From Deinococcus sp. (GTDB taxonomy: Bacteria; Deinococcota; Deinococci; Deinococcales; Deinococcaceae), in assembly GCA_965261005.1 (NCBI GenBank), contig OZ253375.1:1376001-1440000 (forward strand): a stretch of DNA of 64,000 nucleotides. Direction: 5' to 3'. The notes beneath the pieces are model-generated. The model had not been told where the DNA came from and made no database searches. It worked only from the letters and a program-made list of their open reading frames with translations. Position numbers and translations under genes: made by a program. Positions 9,627 to 21,530 of this stretch are shown one piece after another. How positions within the stretch are numbered: position 1 is the first letter of the stretch; the number at the start of each line of letters is the position of its first letter.

Positions 9627-10133
9627 ATGCGCGAGCGACTGATAAACGGCGTCGAGGACAACGCCCTCATTCTGGTGATCCTCTCCTTTCTGATCTTCTC
9701 GCTGGCGATTCTGACCACGGTGGCCCTGCCTTACTTCGCCACCAACCATTACCAGCCGTCGCCGGTGGCCGTGCGCTACACGGCCCTGGAGGAGCGGGGC
9801 CGCCGGCTGTACGCGGGGGCGGGCTGCTGGGAATGCCACAGCCAGAACGTGCGCCTCTCGGACGCCAACATCGGCACGGTGCATCAAGTCGGCGACATCG
9901 GCAACGTCAGCCGTCCCGGCGACTACCTATACCAAGACCCGGTCTTTTTCGGCCAGCACCGCCGGGGACCGGACCTGATGCACGTCGCCACGCGCTGGCC
10001 CAGCGAGGAGTGGATGACCATTCACTTCATCAATCCCGAACGGCTCAATCCCGGCACCTGGATGCCCAGCTTCGGCTGGATGAAGCCGGAGAACATCCGG
10101 GCGCTCAACGCCTACCTGATGACCCTCAAGTGA
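9627..10133 (+). CDS. ccoO: cbb3-type oxidase subunit II-like monoheme cytochrome c
   Basis: YTALEERGRRLY..GCWECHSQNVR, GPDL, MPSF; N-terminal TM helix; AAGGAG RBS. Confidence 0.9.
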   Translation: MRERLINGVEDNALILVILSFLIFSLAILTTVALPYFATNHYQPSPVAVRYTALEERGRRLYAGAGCWECHSQNVRLSDANIGTVHQVGDIGNVSRPGDYLYQDPVFFGQHRRGPDLMHVATRWPSEEWMTIHFINPERLNPGTWMPSFGWMKPENIRALNAYLMTLK

Positions 10134-10152
10134 AACGAGTGAAAGGGGGGAA

Positions 10153-10338
10153 GTGATGTCCGTTGGCGTCGTCGCCGTGATCGTGATCGCGCTGATCGTG
10201 CTGGTCAGCGTCGCGCTGCTGCTGATCCTGGCCGTTCACAACCCGGCCAAGCCCGAGCAGACCGAGGTGCCCAAGTACCGCATGATGCAGGGCGTCACTC
10301 TGGAAACGCCCACCTGGAAAGAACCCGGAGAGGTGTAG
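10153..10338 (+). CDS. small membrane protein, CcoS/CcoQ-like
   Basis: One TM helix then EVPKYRMM; position between ccoO- and ccoP-like genes. Confidence 0.65.
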   Translation: MMSVGVVAVIVIALIVLVSVALLLILAVHNPAKPEQTEVPKYRMMQGVTLETPTWKEPGEV

Positions 10339-10342
10339 CTGC

Positions 10343-11209
10343 ATGCCCGACCACAACCCGTTGCCACAACAACCCGGCGGCCCGCCACCGTCCCAAGACC
10401 CGCCCAGCCAGAACCAGGCCAGACCGACCAAGCCCGGTCAGCCCGGTCCCCACGAAGTCGCCAAGCGGGAAACCCTGGCCAAGGCCGACGGACACCAAGC
10501 GCAGCGCGGGCCGAAGGCCCAGGCCAGAACCGAGCGGCAGATCGAGTTGCAGCGGCAAGCCGACATCATTCACTCCAATGAGTCCGCGATTCCCAACTTC
10601 TTGGTGGTGTTTTTCGTGATGTTCGGGCTGTGGGGCGTGTGGTACTTCGCCTTTCACCTGGCCCCGCTGGAACAGCCGGAGCCGCGCTCGGTGCTGGAGG
10701 CCCGGCCGACCGTGGTGAAATCGGCCCAGAACATCGCCGCCGATCCCGCCAACGAGGCCAAGCTCGGCACCTTCAGCCCCACCGGCGAGTTCTCGACCTT
10801 TGACCTGACCCCGGGCACCGCGCAGCTTCAAGTCGGGGCCGCCCTGTTTCAGGGGCGCTGCGCCCAGTGCCACGGCGGCGACGGCCAGGGGCGCGTCGGG
10901 GCGCTGGAGGCGGCCACGCTTCAGGGGGACTCGGTGATCTGGACGCTGCCCCCTGACCGGCTGGCCGAGATGGTGCGCTACGGCTTTGCCGGCCTGATGC
11001 CGCAGTGGGGCAACGACCAAGGCGTGGTCGCCCTTCACAGCGTGGCGGCCTACCTGGGCCAGGTGATGGCCCCGGCCCCCGGGGCGCGCAGCCCCATCAG
11101 CGTCACGCGGGGGGGCGTCAACGCGCGGCAGCCGATCAACACCTTCACCCGGCCCTGGGAACTCGCCGACGGCGAGCGAATCAAGGCGGGGCAAGGCGGG
11201 GACAAGTGA
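10343..11209 (+). CDS. membrane-anchored monoheme cytochrome c (CcoP-like)
   Basis: IPNFLVVFF..WGVWY TM helix, single CAQCH, LMPQW. Confidence 0.82.
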   Translation: MPDHNPLPQQPGGPPPSQDPPSQNQARPTKPGQPGPHEVAKRETLAKADGHQAQRGPKAQARTERQIELQRQADIIHSNESAIPNFLVVFFVMFGLWGVWYFAFHLAPLEQPEPRSVLEARPTVVKSAQNIAADPANEAKLGTFSPTGEFSTFDLTPGTAQLQVGAALFQGRCAQCHGGDGQGRVGALEAATLQGDSVIWTLPPDRLAEMVRYGFAGLMPQWGNDQGVVALHSVAAYLGQVMAPAPGARSPISVTRGGVNARQPINTFTRPWELADGERIKAGQGGDK

Positions 11210-12330
11210 GGGCCGCGTCGCGTGGGCGCCCTTGGCTGGCCCTCGCCGCCACGTTCATGGCCTTGTGCATGAACGTGGCGCTCGCCGCCCCAAGCGACAC
11301 GCCGCCCAAGGTGCTGTGGCAGGTGGTCGGCCAAGGCTGGGCCGGGGCCTCGGCGGTGGTAGGTGGGGGGGGTGAAGTCTTTCTCGCCGACGCCAAGGGC
11401 GTCGCCTACCGGGTGGACCCGCTGAGCGGCAAGGTGCTGTGGAAGTACGACCTCGACGACCGCCTGCTCTATACCCCGGCGCTGTCGAAGGGCGTCTTGT
11501 ACTTCGGCCGGGTGGGCGAATTGGCGGCCGTTCAATTGAACGGCGACAAGCGGTGGACCAAGCCCATCGACGACTCGCCGGTGCTGTCCCCAGCCATCGG
11601 GCGCGACGGGACCATCTACGCCGCCGGCGGCCCCGACTTCTACGCCGTGACTCCCGGTAACAAGGTGCTGTGGGCGCACAAGACCAAGGCCTTTTACGGC
11701 GGCGCCCCCGTGGTCGCCGCCGACGGCACGGTCTACGTCGGGGCGGGAAATATCCTGCTGGCCCTGGACGCGGGGGGCAAGCTGAGGTGGCAGTACCAAG
11801 CGGGGTCCACCCTGTACGCGAACCCGGCCATCGACGCGGCGGGCAACTTGTACCTCGGCACCGGGTCCGGCCTCGTCTCGCTGGGTTCGTCGGGCAAGCT
11901 GCGCTGGCAGCGCCGGGGGGCGGCCATGACCTCCACCCCGGTGGTCGGCGCGGACGGCCGGGTCTACACCACCGACCAGTCGGGCCGGCTCAGCGCGGTG
12001 AGCCGCGAGGGGAAGACGCTGTGGTCGTTCCACTTGGCGGACTCCATCGGGGGATCGCCCGCCCTGGCCGAGGGCCTCTTGTACGTCGGGGCCAGCGATG
12101 GGCGGCTGCACGCCGTGGATTTGACCGGGCGGGAGCGCTGGTCCGTGCCGCTGGACGGCGCGGTCTTCGGCTCCCCGGTGATCGGGCCGGACGGCCACGT
12201 TTACGTCGGGGCCGGCAAGACCTTTTACGCGCTGGCGACCACGGCGCCGCTGGCCGCCGCCCCTTGGCCGCTGGCCCGGCAAAATCCGGCCGGCGAGGGC
12301 CGCGCGCCCCGTGTAAGGAGAGACAGATGA
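11206..12330 (+). CDS. secreted PQQ/BamB-like beta-propeller repeat protein
   Basis: Signal peptide and repeated (S)P-x4-G-x2-Y...G-x3-W blades; GTGA coupling to upstream gene. Confidence 0.85.
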   Translation: MRAASRGRPWLALAATFMALCMNVALAAPSDTPPKVLWQVVGQGWAGASAVVGGGGEVFLADAKGVAYRVDPLSGKVLWKYDLDDRLLYTPALSKGVLYFGRVGELAAVQLNGDKRWTKPIDDSPVLSPAIGRDGTIYAAGGPDFYAVTPGNKVLWAHKTKAFYGGAPVVAADGTVYVGAGNILLALDAGGKLRWQYQAGSTLYANPAIDAAGNLYLGTGSGLVSLGSSGKLRWQRRGAAMTSTPVVGADGRVYTTDQSGRLSAVSREGKTLWSFHLADSIGGSPALAEGLLYVGASDGRLHAVDLTGRERWSVPLDGAVFGSPVIGPDGHVYVGAGKTFYALATTAPLAAAPWPLARQNPAGEGRAPRVRRDR

Positions 12331-12443
12331 ACGACGCAAAACGCTGGCTGCAAAAAAACTGGAAGATGGTCGTGGGCGTGACGCTGGCCCTGGGCGTCTG
12401 GACCTCTATCGCCGTCAACACCGGCAGCGGGCTGGGCTTTTGA
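12327..12443 (+). CDS. 38-aa single-TM protein (MNDAKRWLQKNWKMVVGVTLALGVWTSIAVNTGSGLGF)
   Basis: AAGGAG RBS, ATGA overlap with upstream stop and TGATG overlap with downstream start. Confidence 0.7.
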   Translation: MNDAKRWLQKNWKMVVGVTLALGVWTSIAVNTGSGLGF

Positions 12444-13018
12444 TGGGCGTCAAGACGGTCCCTGCGGCCAACCTCATGCGGGGCGCGCTGGGCGTTCTCA
12501 GAACCCAGCTCAGGCTCAGCCACCTGCTGTGGCTGCTGCTCTCGCTGCTCGCGCTGGCGCTCTCGGCCGCGCCGCCGATTGTGGCCAACGCGGTGCGCGA
12601 CGACTCCTTTCACAACGCCGAGCACATGATGATGGCGGTGGCCGGCTTGCTGCTCGGCGTGCCCCTGTCGGGCATCTACCGGCGGCTGGTGAACCTCGCG
12701 GTCAGTCACCGCTTTCCCGGCGTGGGGCACGCGGCGCTGCGCCGGCGCGCCCGCGCCCTGCATTGGTGCTTGCTTGTCGGGATCATGCTGCTCGACCTCG
12801 CCTGCATGTCCCACCCGGTGGACGCCTTTGTGGACCGTTACCCCCTGGCCCACGCCGCCGAACACGTCCTGATCTACGCGCTGTACGCCCTGTTCGGCGG
12901 CGCCCTCTACGCGCTGCTCGAATCGCGCCCGCTGGCTTGGCTGGTCACCTTGTTTTACCTGGTCATGCTGCTGATGTACCTCGCCGACGAAAACACCGTC
13001 ATGAACGTGCAGTTCTAA
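12443..13018 (+). CDS. membrane protein with duplicated H-x2-E-H motifs (CtaG/DUF1404-like assembly factor)
   Basis: HNAEH and HAAEH each at the start of a TM helix. Confidence 0.6.
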   Translation: MGVKTVPAANLMRGALGVLRTQLRLSHLLWLLLSLLALALSAAPPIVANAVRDDSFHNAEHMMMAVAGLLLGVPLSGIYRRLVNLAVSHRFPGVGHAALRRRARALHWCLLVGIMLLDLACMSHPVDAFVDRYPLAHAAEHVLIYALYALFGGALYALLESRPLAWLVTLFYLVMLLMYLADENTVMNVQF

Positions 13019-13055
13019 GCCCCTGAAATCTAGGCGCTTGAAAGAGGAGAAACCC

Positions 13056-13361
13056 GTGAGCGGAGACGTTCGCAAATCCCTGATCGAACGCGAGCTGGAG
13101 CGCGGTTTGAGCGCCTTTCTGGTCGCCCCGACAATTCTGCTGGTCGCGCCGAGCATTCTGGTGCCGCTCTTTCCGGGCCACCTCGCGCCGGTGTTCGCCC
13201 TGAGCTTCGCGGCGGCCATCCTGAGCTACCTCGCGCTGTCGCGGCGCTGGCTGCGCCGGGCGGGCCGCGATCTCCTGGAATTCGGCGGCTGGAAAGCCTT
13301 GCTCTTTTGGCTGGTCCTGACCTCGCTGATCCTGGGCCTGGTCAACTGGGCCTGGACGTGA
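13056..13361 (+). CDS. small hypothetical membrane protein
   Basis: Three hydrophobic segments; GAGGAG RBS before GTG 13056. Confidence 0.6.
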   Translation: MSGDVRKSLIERELERGLSAFLVAPTILLVAPSILVPLFPGHLAPVFALSFAAAILSYLALSRRWLRRAGRDLLEFGGWKALLFWLVLTSLILGLVNWAWT

Positions 13362-13879
13362 CGCGGCGATACGTGGCCCTGCTGCGCGGCGTCAACGTGA
13401 ACGGCGTCAACATCAAGATGGCCGACCTCGCGGCGGCGTTCGGGGAATTGGGCTTTGAAGGCGTTCGCACGATCCTGGCGAGCGGGAACGTGCTGTTTGG
13501 GGCCGAGGACGGCGCCAATTTGAAGGGGTGCATCGAGACGGCGCTGAGCGGCACCTTCGGCTATCAAGCCCGCGTGGTCGTGCTGGACCTGGACGCGCTG
13601 CGGCGCGCCGTGGACGCCTACCCCTTTGAACGTGAAAGGGAGGGCTGGCACGCCTACGTCGTGTTCTCCTCTGACGCCAAGCTGCTGAAAGAATTGCTGA
13701 CCGTGGGGGGCGAGCTGGACCCGGAGACCGAGCGCATTGACTCTGGAGACCAAGTGCTGTACTGGGAAGTCGTGCGCGGCAAGACAACCGGCAGCGCCTT
13801 TGGCAAGCTGCTCGGCAAGGCGCGCTTCGGGGCGACCACCACCCGCAACCTCAACACGTTGGACAAGCTGCTCACCTGA
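13358..13879 (+). CDS. DUF1697 family protein
   Basis: YVALLRGVNV..MADL..VRTILASGNV..TTRNLNT. Confidence 0.88.
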   Translation: MTRRYVALLRGVNVNGVNIKMADLAAAFGELGFEGVRTILASGNVLFGAEDGANLKGCIETALSGTFGYQARVVVLDLDALRRAVDAYPFEREREGWHAYVVFSSDAKLLKELLTVGGELDPETERIDSGDQVLYWEVVRGKTTGSAFGKLLGKARFGATTTRNLNTLDKLLT

Positions 13880-13900
13880 CGCGCCCGTATGATGGCTGTC

Positions 13901-15019
13901 ATGACCGCCATTACTCTGGAGAGCGCCGAACTGCGCCTGCTCGAACTGCCCCTCAAGTTCCGCTTCGAGACCTCCTTCGGCGTGCAGACAAAGCGCACCA
14001 TTCTGCTGTTGACGCTGCGCGCGGGCGGCCTGGAGGGCTACGGCGAGGGCGTGATGGAGGTGCTGCCCGCCTACCGCGAGGAGGTGGTGGCGGGGGCCGA
14101 GTATCTATTGCGCGAGGTGTTTCTGCCGGGGGTGCTGGGCAAGACCTTTGGCGGCCCGGCCGCATTGGAAGCTGAGCTGGCCCCCTACCGCGGCAACCGC
14201 ATGGCGAAGGCGGTGCTGGAGATGGCCTTTTGGGATTTGTGGGCGCGCAGTCTGAACGTGCCGCTGGCGCGGCTGCTGGGCGGCGCGCGGGACAAGGTGC
14301 CGGTGGGCGTCTCGCTGGGCATCCAGCCGAGCGTGGAGGCGACCCTGGAGGCGGTCGCTCGGCACGCCGAGCAGGGGTATAAGCGGGTCAAGCTCAAGAT
14401 CAAGCCGGGCTGGGACGTGACGCCGCTGAGCGCGGTTCGGGCCGCCTTTCCGGGGCTGACCCTGACGGTAGACGCCAACAGCGCCTACAGCCTCGCCGAC
14501 GCGCGGGTGTTCGCCGCCCTCGACGAATTGGACCTCGACTACATCGAGCAGCCGCTGGCCTACGACGATTTGCACGACCACGCCCGCTTGCAGGCCATGA
14601 TCCGCACGCCGCTGTGCCTCGACGAAAGCATTCTGAGCGCGGCGGACGCCCGCAAGGCCCTGGCTACGGACGCCGGGCGGGTCATCAACGTGAAGCCGGC
14701 CCGGCTGGGCGGCCACGCCGAGTCGGTGCGCGTTCACGCCGTCGCCGGGAGCTTCGGGGCGCCGCTGTGGATGGGCGGCATGCTGGAGGCGGGCGTGGGC
14801 CGGGCGCACAACATTCACCTGGCGACCTTGCCCGGCTTCAGCAAGCCCGGCGACGTGGCGAGCGCCAGCCGCTATTGGGCGCGCGACATCGTGAACGAAC
14901 CGTTGGAGGCAGAAAATGGCGAGATGCCGCTGCCCACGGGACCCGGCATCGGCGTGACGCTGAACCGCGCGGTGCTGCAAGACGTCACCCGGCACGTTCA
15001 GGAGCTGCGCCCGAGTTGA
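13901..15019 (+). CDS. menC: o-succinylbenzoate synthase / N-succinyl(acyl)amino acid racemase
   Basis: FETSFG, KLKIKPG, VDAN, IEQPL, LDES, GGMLE, PGDV enolase-superfamily motifs. Confidence 0.9.
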   Translation: MTAITLESAELRLLELPLKFRFETSFGVQTKRTILLLTLRAGGLEGYGEGVMEVLPAYREEVVAGAEYLLREVFLPGVLGKTFGGPAALEAELAPYRGNRMAKAVLEMAFWDLWARSLNVPLARLLGGARDKVPVGVSLGIQPSVEATLEAVARHAEQGYKRVKLKIKPGWDVTPLSAVRAAFPGLTLTVDANSAYSLADARVFAALDELDLDYIEQPLAYDDLHDHARLQAMIRTPLCLDESILSAADARKALATDAGRVINVKPARLGGHAESVRVHAVAGSFGAPLWMGGMLEAGVGRAHNIHLATLPGFSKPGDVASASRYWARDIVNEPLEAENGEMPLPTGPGIGVTLNRAVLQDVTRHVQELRPS

Positions 15020-15816
15020 ACGGCCCAATTTTAAACGACCTGGAGGTGCGCGAGCTTTCCGCCGCCCGTGACGGCGAGGCGGTCGAGGAGCTGCAACTGG
15101 CCGTGTGGGGCCGCCGCGAGCGCGAGGTGGTCTCGCGCGACATGCTGGTCGCCCTGCAACTGGAGGGCGCGCTGATCGCGGGCGCCTTTGTGGGAAACGA
15201 AATGGTCGGCTTCGTGTTCAGCTTCCCGACCCGCGACGCCCACGTGCAGCACTCGCACATGCTGGCGGTGCTGCCGCCCCACCGGGGCGGGCCGGCGGCC
15301 CTGGCGCTCAAGAGATTCCAGCGCGAATGGTGCCTGACGCGCGGCGTGAAAAAGCTGGTCTGGACCTTCGACCCGCTGCGCGCCCGCAACGCCAACTTCA
15401 ACCTACGCAAACTGGGCGCGACCTTTCGGACGTACCACCGCGATTTGTACGGCCCCATGACCGGCATCAACGCCGGCACCGACTCCGACCGGGCGCTGGC
15501 CGAGTGGGACTTGCAGGGCCAAAGCGCTTTGAAGGCCCTCGAAGGCACCCTGCCCGAGCCGGACTGGGCGGGCGTGCCGACCATCAACCCGCAGGGGCTA
15601 AGCGGGGTCGACTTTTCAGACGCACCCGAACTGCGCTTCGCCATTCCAAGCGACTTTGGCGCGCTGCTGGGAACGGATCCCGACCTCGCCCGGCGCTGGC
15701 GGCTGCACGGGCGCGCGGCGCTGGAGGACGCCTTCGCGCGGGGCTACGCGGCGGTGGGCTTCGGGCGGGAAGGCGGGAACGCTTACCTGCTGCGGCTCAG
15801 CGACCCAGTCTGTTAA
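15016..15816 (+). CDS. GNAT family acyltransferase (D-amino acid N-succinyltransferase-like)
   Basis: [33 protein letters not shown]; coupled to racemase gene. Confidence 0.82.
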   Translation: MNGPILNDLEVRELSAARDGEAVEELQLAVWGRREREVVSRDMLVALQLEGALIAGAFVGNEMVGFVFSFPTRDAHVQHSHMLAVLPPHRGGPAALALKRFQREWCLTRGVKKLVWTFDPLRARNANFNLRKLGATFRTYHRDLYGPMTGINAGTDSDRALAEWDLQGQSALKALEGTLPEPDWAGVPTINPQGLSGVDFSDAPELRFAIPSDFGALLGTDPDLARRWRLHGRAALEDAFARGYAAVGFGREGGNAYLLRLSDPVC

Positions 15817-16604
15817 CGGCCCACCGGCCCGAGGCGCCGCTCCAGAATGCCCGTAAAAAAGGTCAGCACGGTGGTCAGCGCCAGGTAGACGGCGGCGATG
15901 GTGGTCAGGACCGGGATGGGCACAAAGGTCTCGGCCGACACCCGCTGCCCGACCAGCGTCAGCTCCAAGAGGGCGATCGAGGAGGCCAGCGAGGAGTCCT
16001 TGAGGAGGGCCACCAGGTTGTTCACCAGGGGCGGCACCACGATGCGAAAGGCCTGCGGCAACACCACGCTGGTCAGCGTCTGAAAGCCCGACAGGCCCAG
16101 CGAGCGCGACGCCTCGTTCTGCCCCCTCGGCACCGCCTGAATGCCGGCGCGGATCACCTCGGCGTTGTAGGCGCCCACGTTGAGGGACAGCGCCAGCATG
16201 GCCGAGTAAAACTCGTTGAGGCTGACCGACCCCAGCCCGAGTGCCGACAGCAGCTGCGGCAAGGCGTTGTACACGAAGAGAATCTGCACCAGGAGGGGTG
16301 TGCCGCGCACCACCCAGATCACGAACCCGGCCGGCGCCCGCGCGATCCACAAACGCGATAAGCGCATCAAGCCCAGCAGCACGCCGATTCCAAGGCCGAT
16401 GGCGCCCGACGTGACGGTGAGCGACAGCGTGACCCGCGCTCCCTCCACGAACAGGTCCGAGCGCGACCCAATCGGCTCGGGCGCGAAGCGCAGCACGAAG
16501 GTCAGCAGGGAGAAGAAGAGGTAAAAGACGGCCGCCGCCCCCAGCAGCAGCAAGGCGTGACCCGCCGGCGACAGCGGCGAGGCGCGCGAAAAGGACCTCA
16601 GCAC
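15813..16604 (-). CDS. amino acid ABC transporter permease
   Basis: RGTPLLVQI, AYNAEVIRAG, LKDSSL. Confidence 0.92.
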   Translation of the reverse strand: MLRSFSRASPLSPAGHALLLLGAAAVFYLFFSLLTFVLRFAPEPIGSRSDLFVEGARVTLSLTVTSGAIGLGIGVLLGLMRLSRLWIARAPAGFVIWVVRGTPLLVQILFVYNALPQLLSALGLGSVSLNEFYSAMLALSLNVGAYNAEVIRAGIQAVPRGQNEASRSLGLSGFQTLTSVVLPQAFRIVVPPLVNNLVALLKDSSLASSIALLELTLVGQRVSAETFVPIPVLTTIAAVYLALTTVLTFFTGILERRLGPVGR

Positions 16605-16618
16605 GCGCTACATGTCTT

Positions 16619-16660
16619 GCTCCCCTCTCCCGCAAGGGGAGAGGGGCCGGGGGTGAGGGG
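16619..16660. repeat. REP-like palindromic repeat (family A)
   Basis: CCCCTCTCCC GCAAG GGGAGAGGGG CCGGGGGTGAGGGG. Confidence 0.82.
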
Positions 16661-16705
16661 ACCACCGAACACGCTAGAAGAACAGTTCTCTACCAGACCC
16701 CCGCC

Positions 16706-17458
16706 TCACTTGCAGCGGACGTCCTGGCCGAAGTACTGGTCGCTGATCTTAGCGTAGGTGCCGTCCTTTTCCAGCGCGGCGAGGGCGTCGTTGAGGGCCG
16801 CTTTCAGCGAGGTGTCGCCCTTTTTGACGGCCATGCCGATCTTTTCCTGAAACAGAAAGTCCCCCTGCTGAAACTTGCCGGGGTTGGCCTTGAGGGCGTC
16901 CAGGACCACGAACTTGTCGCTCACCCAGGCGTCGCCGCGATTCGAGAGCAGCGCCTGAATGGCGTCGGTGTCCTTGGGATAGGTCTTGACGTCGCCCACG
17001 CCGGGCACCTTCTTGACGTTGTCGAGGTAGGTGGTGCCGACCTGCACCAACACGGTCTTGCCCTTCAAATCGGCGGCCGTCTTGGCGCCGCCGGGCTTGG
17101 CCACGACCACGCCGCCGGTGCAGTAGTGCGGACTCGTGAAGTCCACCGCCTTTTCACGCTCGGGCGTGATGCCGTGCGAGGCGATCACGAAGTCGTAGCG
17201 GTTCTGGTCGAGGCCGATCAGGAGGGAGTCGAAGGGCTGCGTGACCCACTTGGTTTTAAAGCCCAACTGCTTGGCGATGGCGTTGCCGAGGTCCACCTCG
17301 AAGCCGGTCAGCTTGTTGCCCTCGAAGTAGTTGAAGGGCTTAAAGGCGCCCTCGGTCGCGATGATCATGGTGCCGTCCTTTTTGATCTCGTCCAGGGTGC
17401 GCGCGGACGCGCTGGCGCCGAGGGCGAGGGCGGTCATCAGCAGCAGGGTCTTGGTCAT
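16706..17458 (-). CDS. amino acid ABC transporter substrate-binding protein
   Basis: Signal peptide, ATEGAFKPF, GFEVDL, ITPER..VDF; AAGGAG RBS. Confidence 0.92.
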   Translation of the reverse strand: MTKTLLLMTALALGASASARTLDEIKKDGTMIIATEGAFKPFNYFEGNKLTGFEVDLGNAIAKQLGFKTKWVTQPFDSLLIGLDQNRYDFVIASHGITPEREKAVDFTSPHYCTGGVVVAKPGGAKTAADLKGKTVLVQVGTTYLDNVKKVPGVGDVKTYPKDTDAIQALLSNRGDAWVSDKFVVLDALKANPGKFQQGDFLFQEKIGMAVKKGDTSLKAALNDALAALEKDGTYAKISDQYFGQDVRCK

Positions 17459-17505
17459 CTTTCTCCTTATGTTCCCAAATTGGCCCACTCTAGCCGAAGG
17501 AAATG

Positions 17506-17545
17506 AAAAAAGACAGCCGCGCCGGAAACGGTGTTCCGGCGCGGC
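17506..17545 (-). terminator. intrinsic terminator after sugar ABC ATPase
   Basis: 12-bp stem GCCGCGCCGGAA/TTCCGGCGCGGC with minus-strand T tract. Confidence 0.75.
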
Positions 17546-17556
17546 GTAGGCGGTAT

Positions 17557-18750
<1,194 letters not shown>

Positions 18751-18880
18751 GTTCTTCACCGTCCCATCTCTCGCCCGTGAACGTCCTCGGGCGACCGGGA
18801 TTGATACGAGAGGGCCTGGGGTTTCCGCTTACGAATTGTCCGACACGCCAAGGATAACACGTTCTTTAGAAGCTGGAACT

Positions 18881-19525
18881 TCAGAAGCTGAAGATGCCGC
18901 CCGTGCGAACGGCCTCGTAGTACGTGAACGCCGCCACGTAGCAGGCGGGGCGCTTGTACCACGACTTGGCCGCGCAGACGCCGTCCATGTTGTGGTGGAA
19001 GTTCTGGTCGGTCGCCTTGCGGTTGGCGTCGGTGCGCTCCCAGACCTTCAGGTTGCGGTAGCCGAAGTCGTGGACGTTGCAGGCCGGCCGGAAGTCCTCG
19101 CGGTAGCCGAGGCCCAGCCCGTCCGGGGCGCTGCACCCGTCGCGGGTCCAGTCCAAACCCGCGTAAGGCAGAGGAGTTCCAGAAAAGCTGGCGTACTGGC
19201 CGTCGTAACTGGGCACGCCGCCCCAAGCCAGCACCTTGATGTAGGAAAGGCGGTCTTCGGACAGGCCCAGGCTGCGCGTGGCGGGCGCCAGTTCGGGGGG
19301 CCGCTCGCCGTAGGCGGTTTGCAGGGCCGCCAGCAACCCCGGATGGTCCGCGTAGCGCGCCAGGATGGCCTGGCTGTCCGCGTCCTGCAATTCCGGCCGG
19401 TCCCGGTAGGCGGCCACGCTGTTCGGGGCGGGAACACCGTCCTGAGCGGGAAGCTTCACCTGTTGGCCGCACGCGGCCAGTAGCCCGGCCGCCGCGACGC
19501 CCAACGCCATCATGCCCTTGTTCAT
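18881..19525 (-). CDS. prokaryotic phospholipase A2 lipoprotein
   Basis: Lipobox [22 protein letters not shown] (His-Asp dyad), YYEAVR. Confidence 0.88.
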   Translation of the reverse strand: MNKGMMALGVAAAGLLAACGQQVKLPAQDGVPAPNSVAAYRDRPELQDADSQAILARYADHPGLLAALQTAYGERPPELAPATRSLGLSEDRLSYIKVLAWGGVPSYDGQYASFSGTPLPYAGLDWTRDGCSAPDGLGLGYREDFRPACNVHDFGYRNLKVWERTDANRKATDQNFHHNMDGVCAAKSWYKRPACYVAAFTYYEAVRTGGIFSF

Positions 19526-19631
19526 GTTCGCCTCCCGAGTGGATCACCGACGGTTCGTGACGTTCGTATTGTCCGGCCGAATGGTCTGAAGATGATTATG
19601 AAGCGGCGGTGGCCCCTTAAATGACCACCGC

Positions 19632-20360
19632 TCAGCCCGCCACCGCCCGCAGCGCCTCCGGCGTGAAGCGCTGCCCGGTGGCGTGTTCCAGCTGCAAGCC
19701 CAGGCGCAGGGCGGGCAAGTCGGCCGCGCCCAGCGCCGGCACGGCCGCGCGCTGAACGGAGCCGGTCAAGTCGAGCAGGGTATGAACGGGGTGCAGCACC
19801 CCCGGCGGCAACGTCCCCGAGGCCAGCACCACGAGGTCGGCGCGCTCGGCCAGGGCGGGCAGGGCGAGGTCGGTTGCCGCGACGGCGTGGCCGGTGACGC
19901 CGGCGGGCAGGCCGGGCAGGGCGGCTCCCGCCTCGGGCCGGCTGGGCGCGGCGATGAGCACGCTGAGCGCGCCCAGCCGGACCAAGCCCAGCGCGGCGAT
20001 CAGGGCCGGCCCCTCCCCAACGACCAGCAGCCGCGCGCCACGAACCGCGTAGCCGCTTTCCTCGACCAGGCGGCGCAGGGCGTCTTCTAAGGTGTGGGTG
20101 GCGTTCAGGTTGCCCGCCAGCGACAACGCGTCGGCGCGGTTCAGCTTGTGGGCCGCGCCGTCGGGCTTGACGTGGGGATAGACGGCCTCCTCACATTCCG
20201 GCGCGATCAGGGCGCCCGCGAAGCGCAGGGTCTGGGCGGCCCCCAACACCCGGGCGAGGTCGTGGGTGGGCACGCTCAGCGCCACCAAGCCCAAGCCCCG
20301 CAGCGCGCGGGCCAGCTCGGGGCCGTGGCCGATCAGGGCCAGCGGCGCCTCAGAGATCAC
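19632..20360 (-). CDS. shikimate dehydrogenase-like protein (degenerate)
   Basis: ALIG..GALI..ADAL layout, Rossmann-like LVVGEG, QLEHATG C-terminus; catalytic motifs not evident. Confidence 0.6.
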   Translation of the reverse strand: MISEAPLALIGHGPELARALRGLGLVALSVPTHDLARVLGAAQTLRFAGALIAPECEEAVYPHVKPDGAAHKLNRADALSLAGNLNATHTLEDALRRLVEESGYAVRGARLLVVGEGPALIAALGLVRLGALSVLIAAPSRPEAGAALPGLPAGVTGHAVAATDLALPALAERADLVVLASGTLPPGVLHPVHTLLDLTGSVQRAAVPALGAADLPALRLGLQLEHATGQRFTPEALRAVAG

Positions 20361-20387
20361 AGCAGGCCCCTTTTCACAAAATAGCTT

Positions 20388-21455
<1,068 letters not shown>

Positions 21456-21530
21456 GGGCGGATTGTAGCGCCTTCACGCCACCTTTTTTGAAGTGGCCCA
21501 GGTGCGGTGGCCTTGCGCTAGAGTGGCGGC

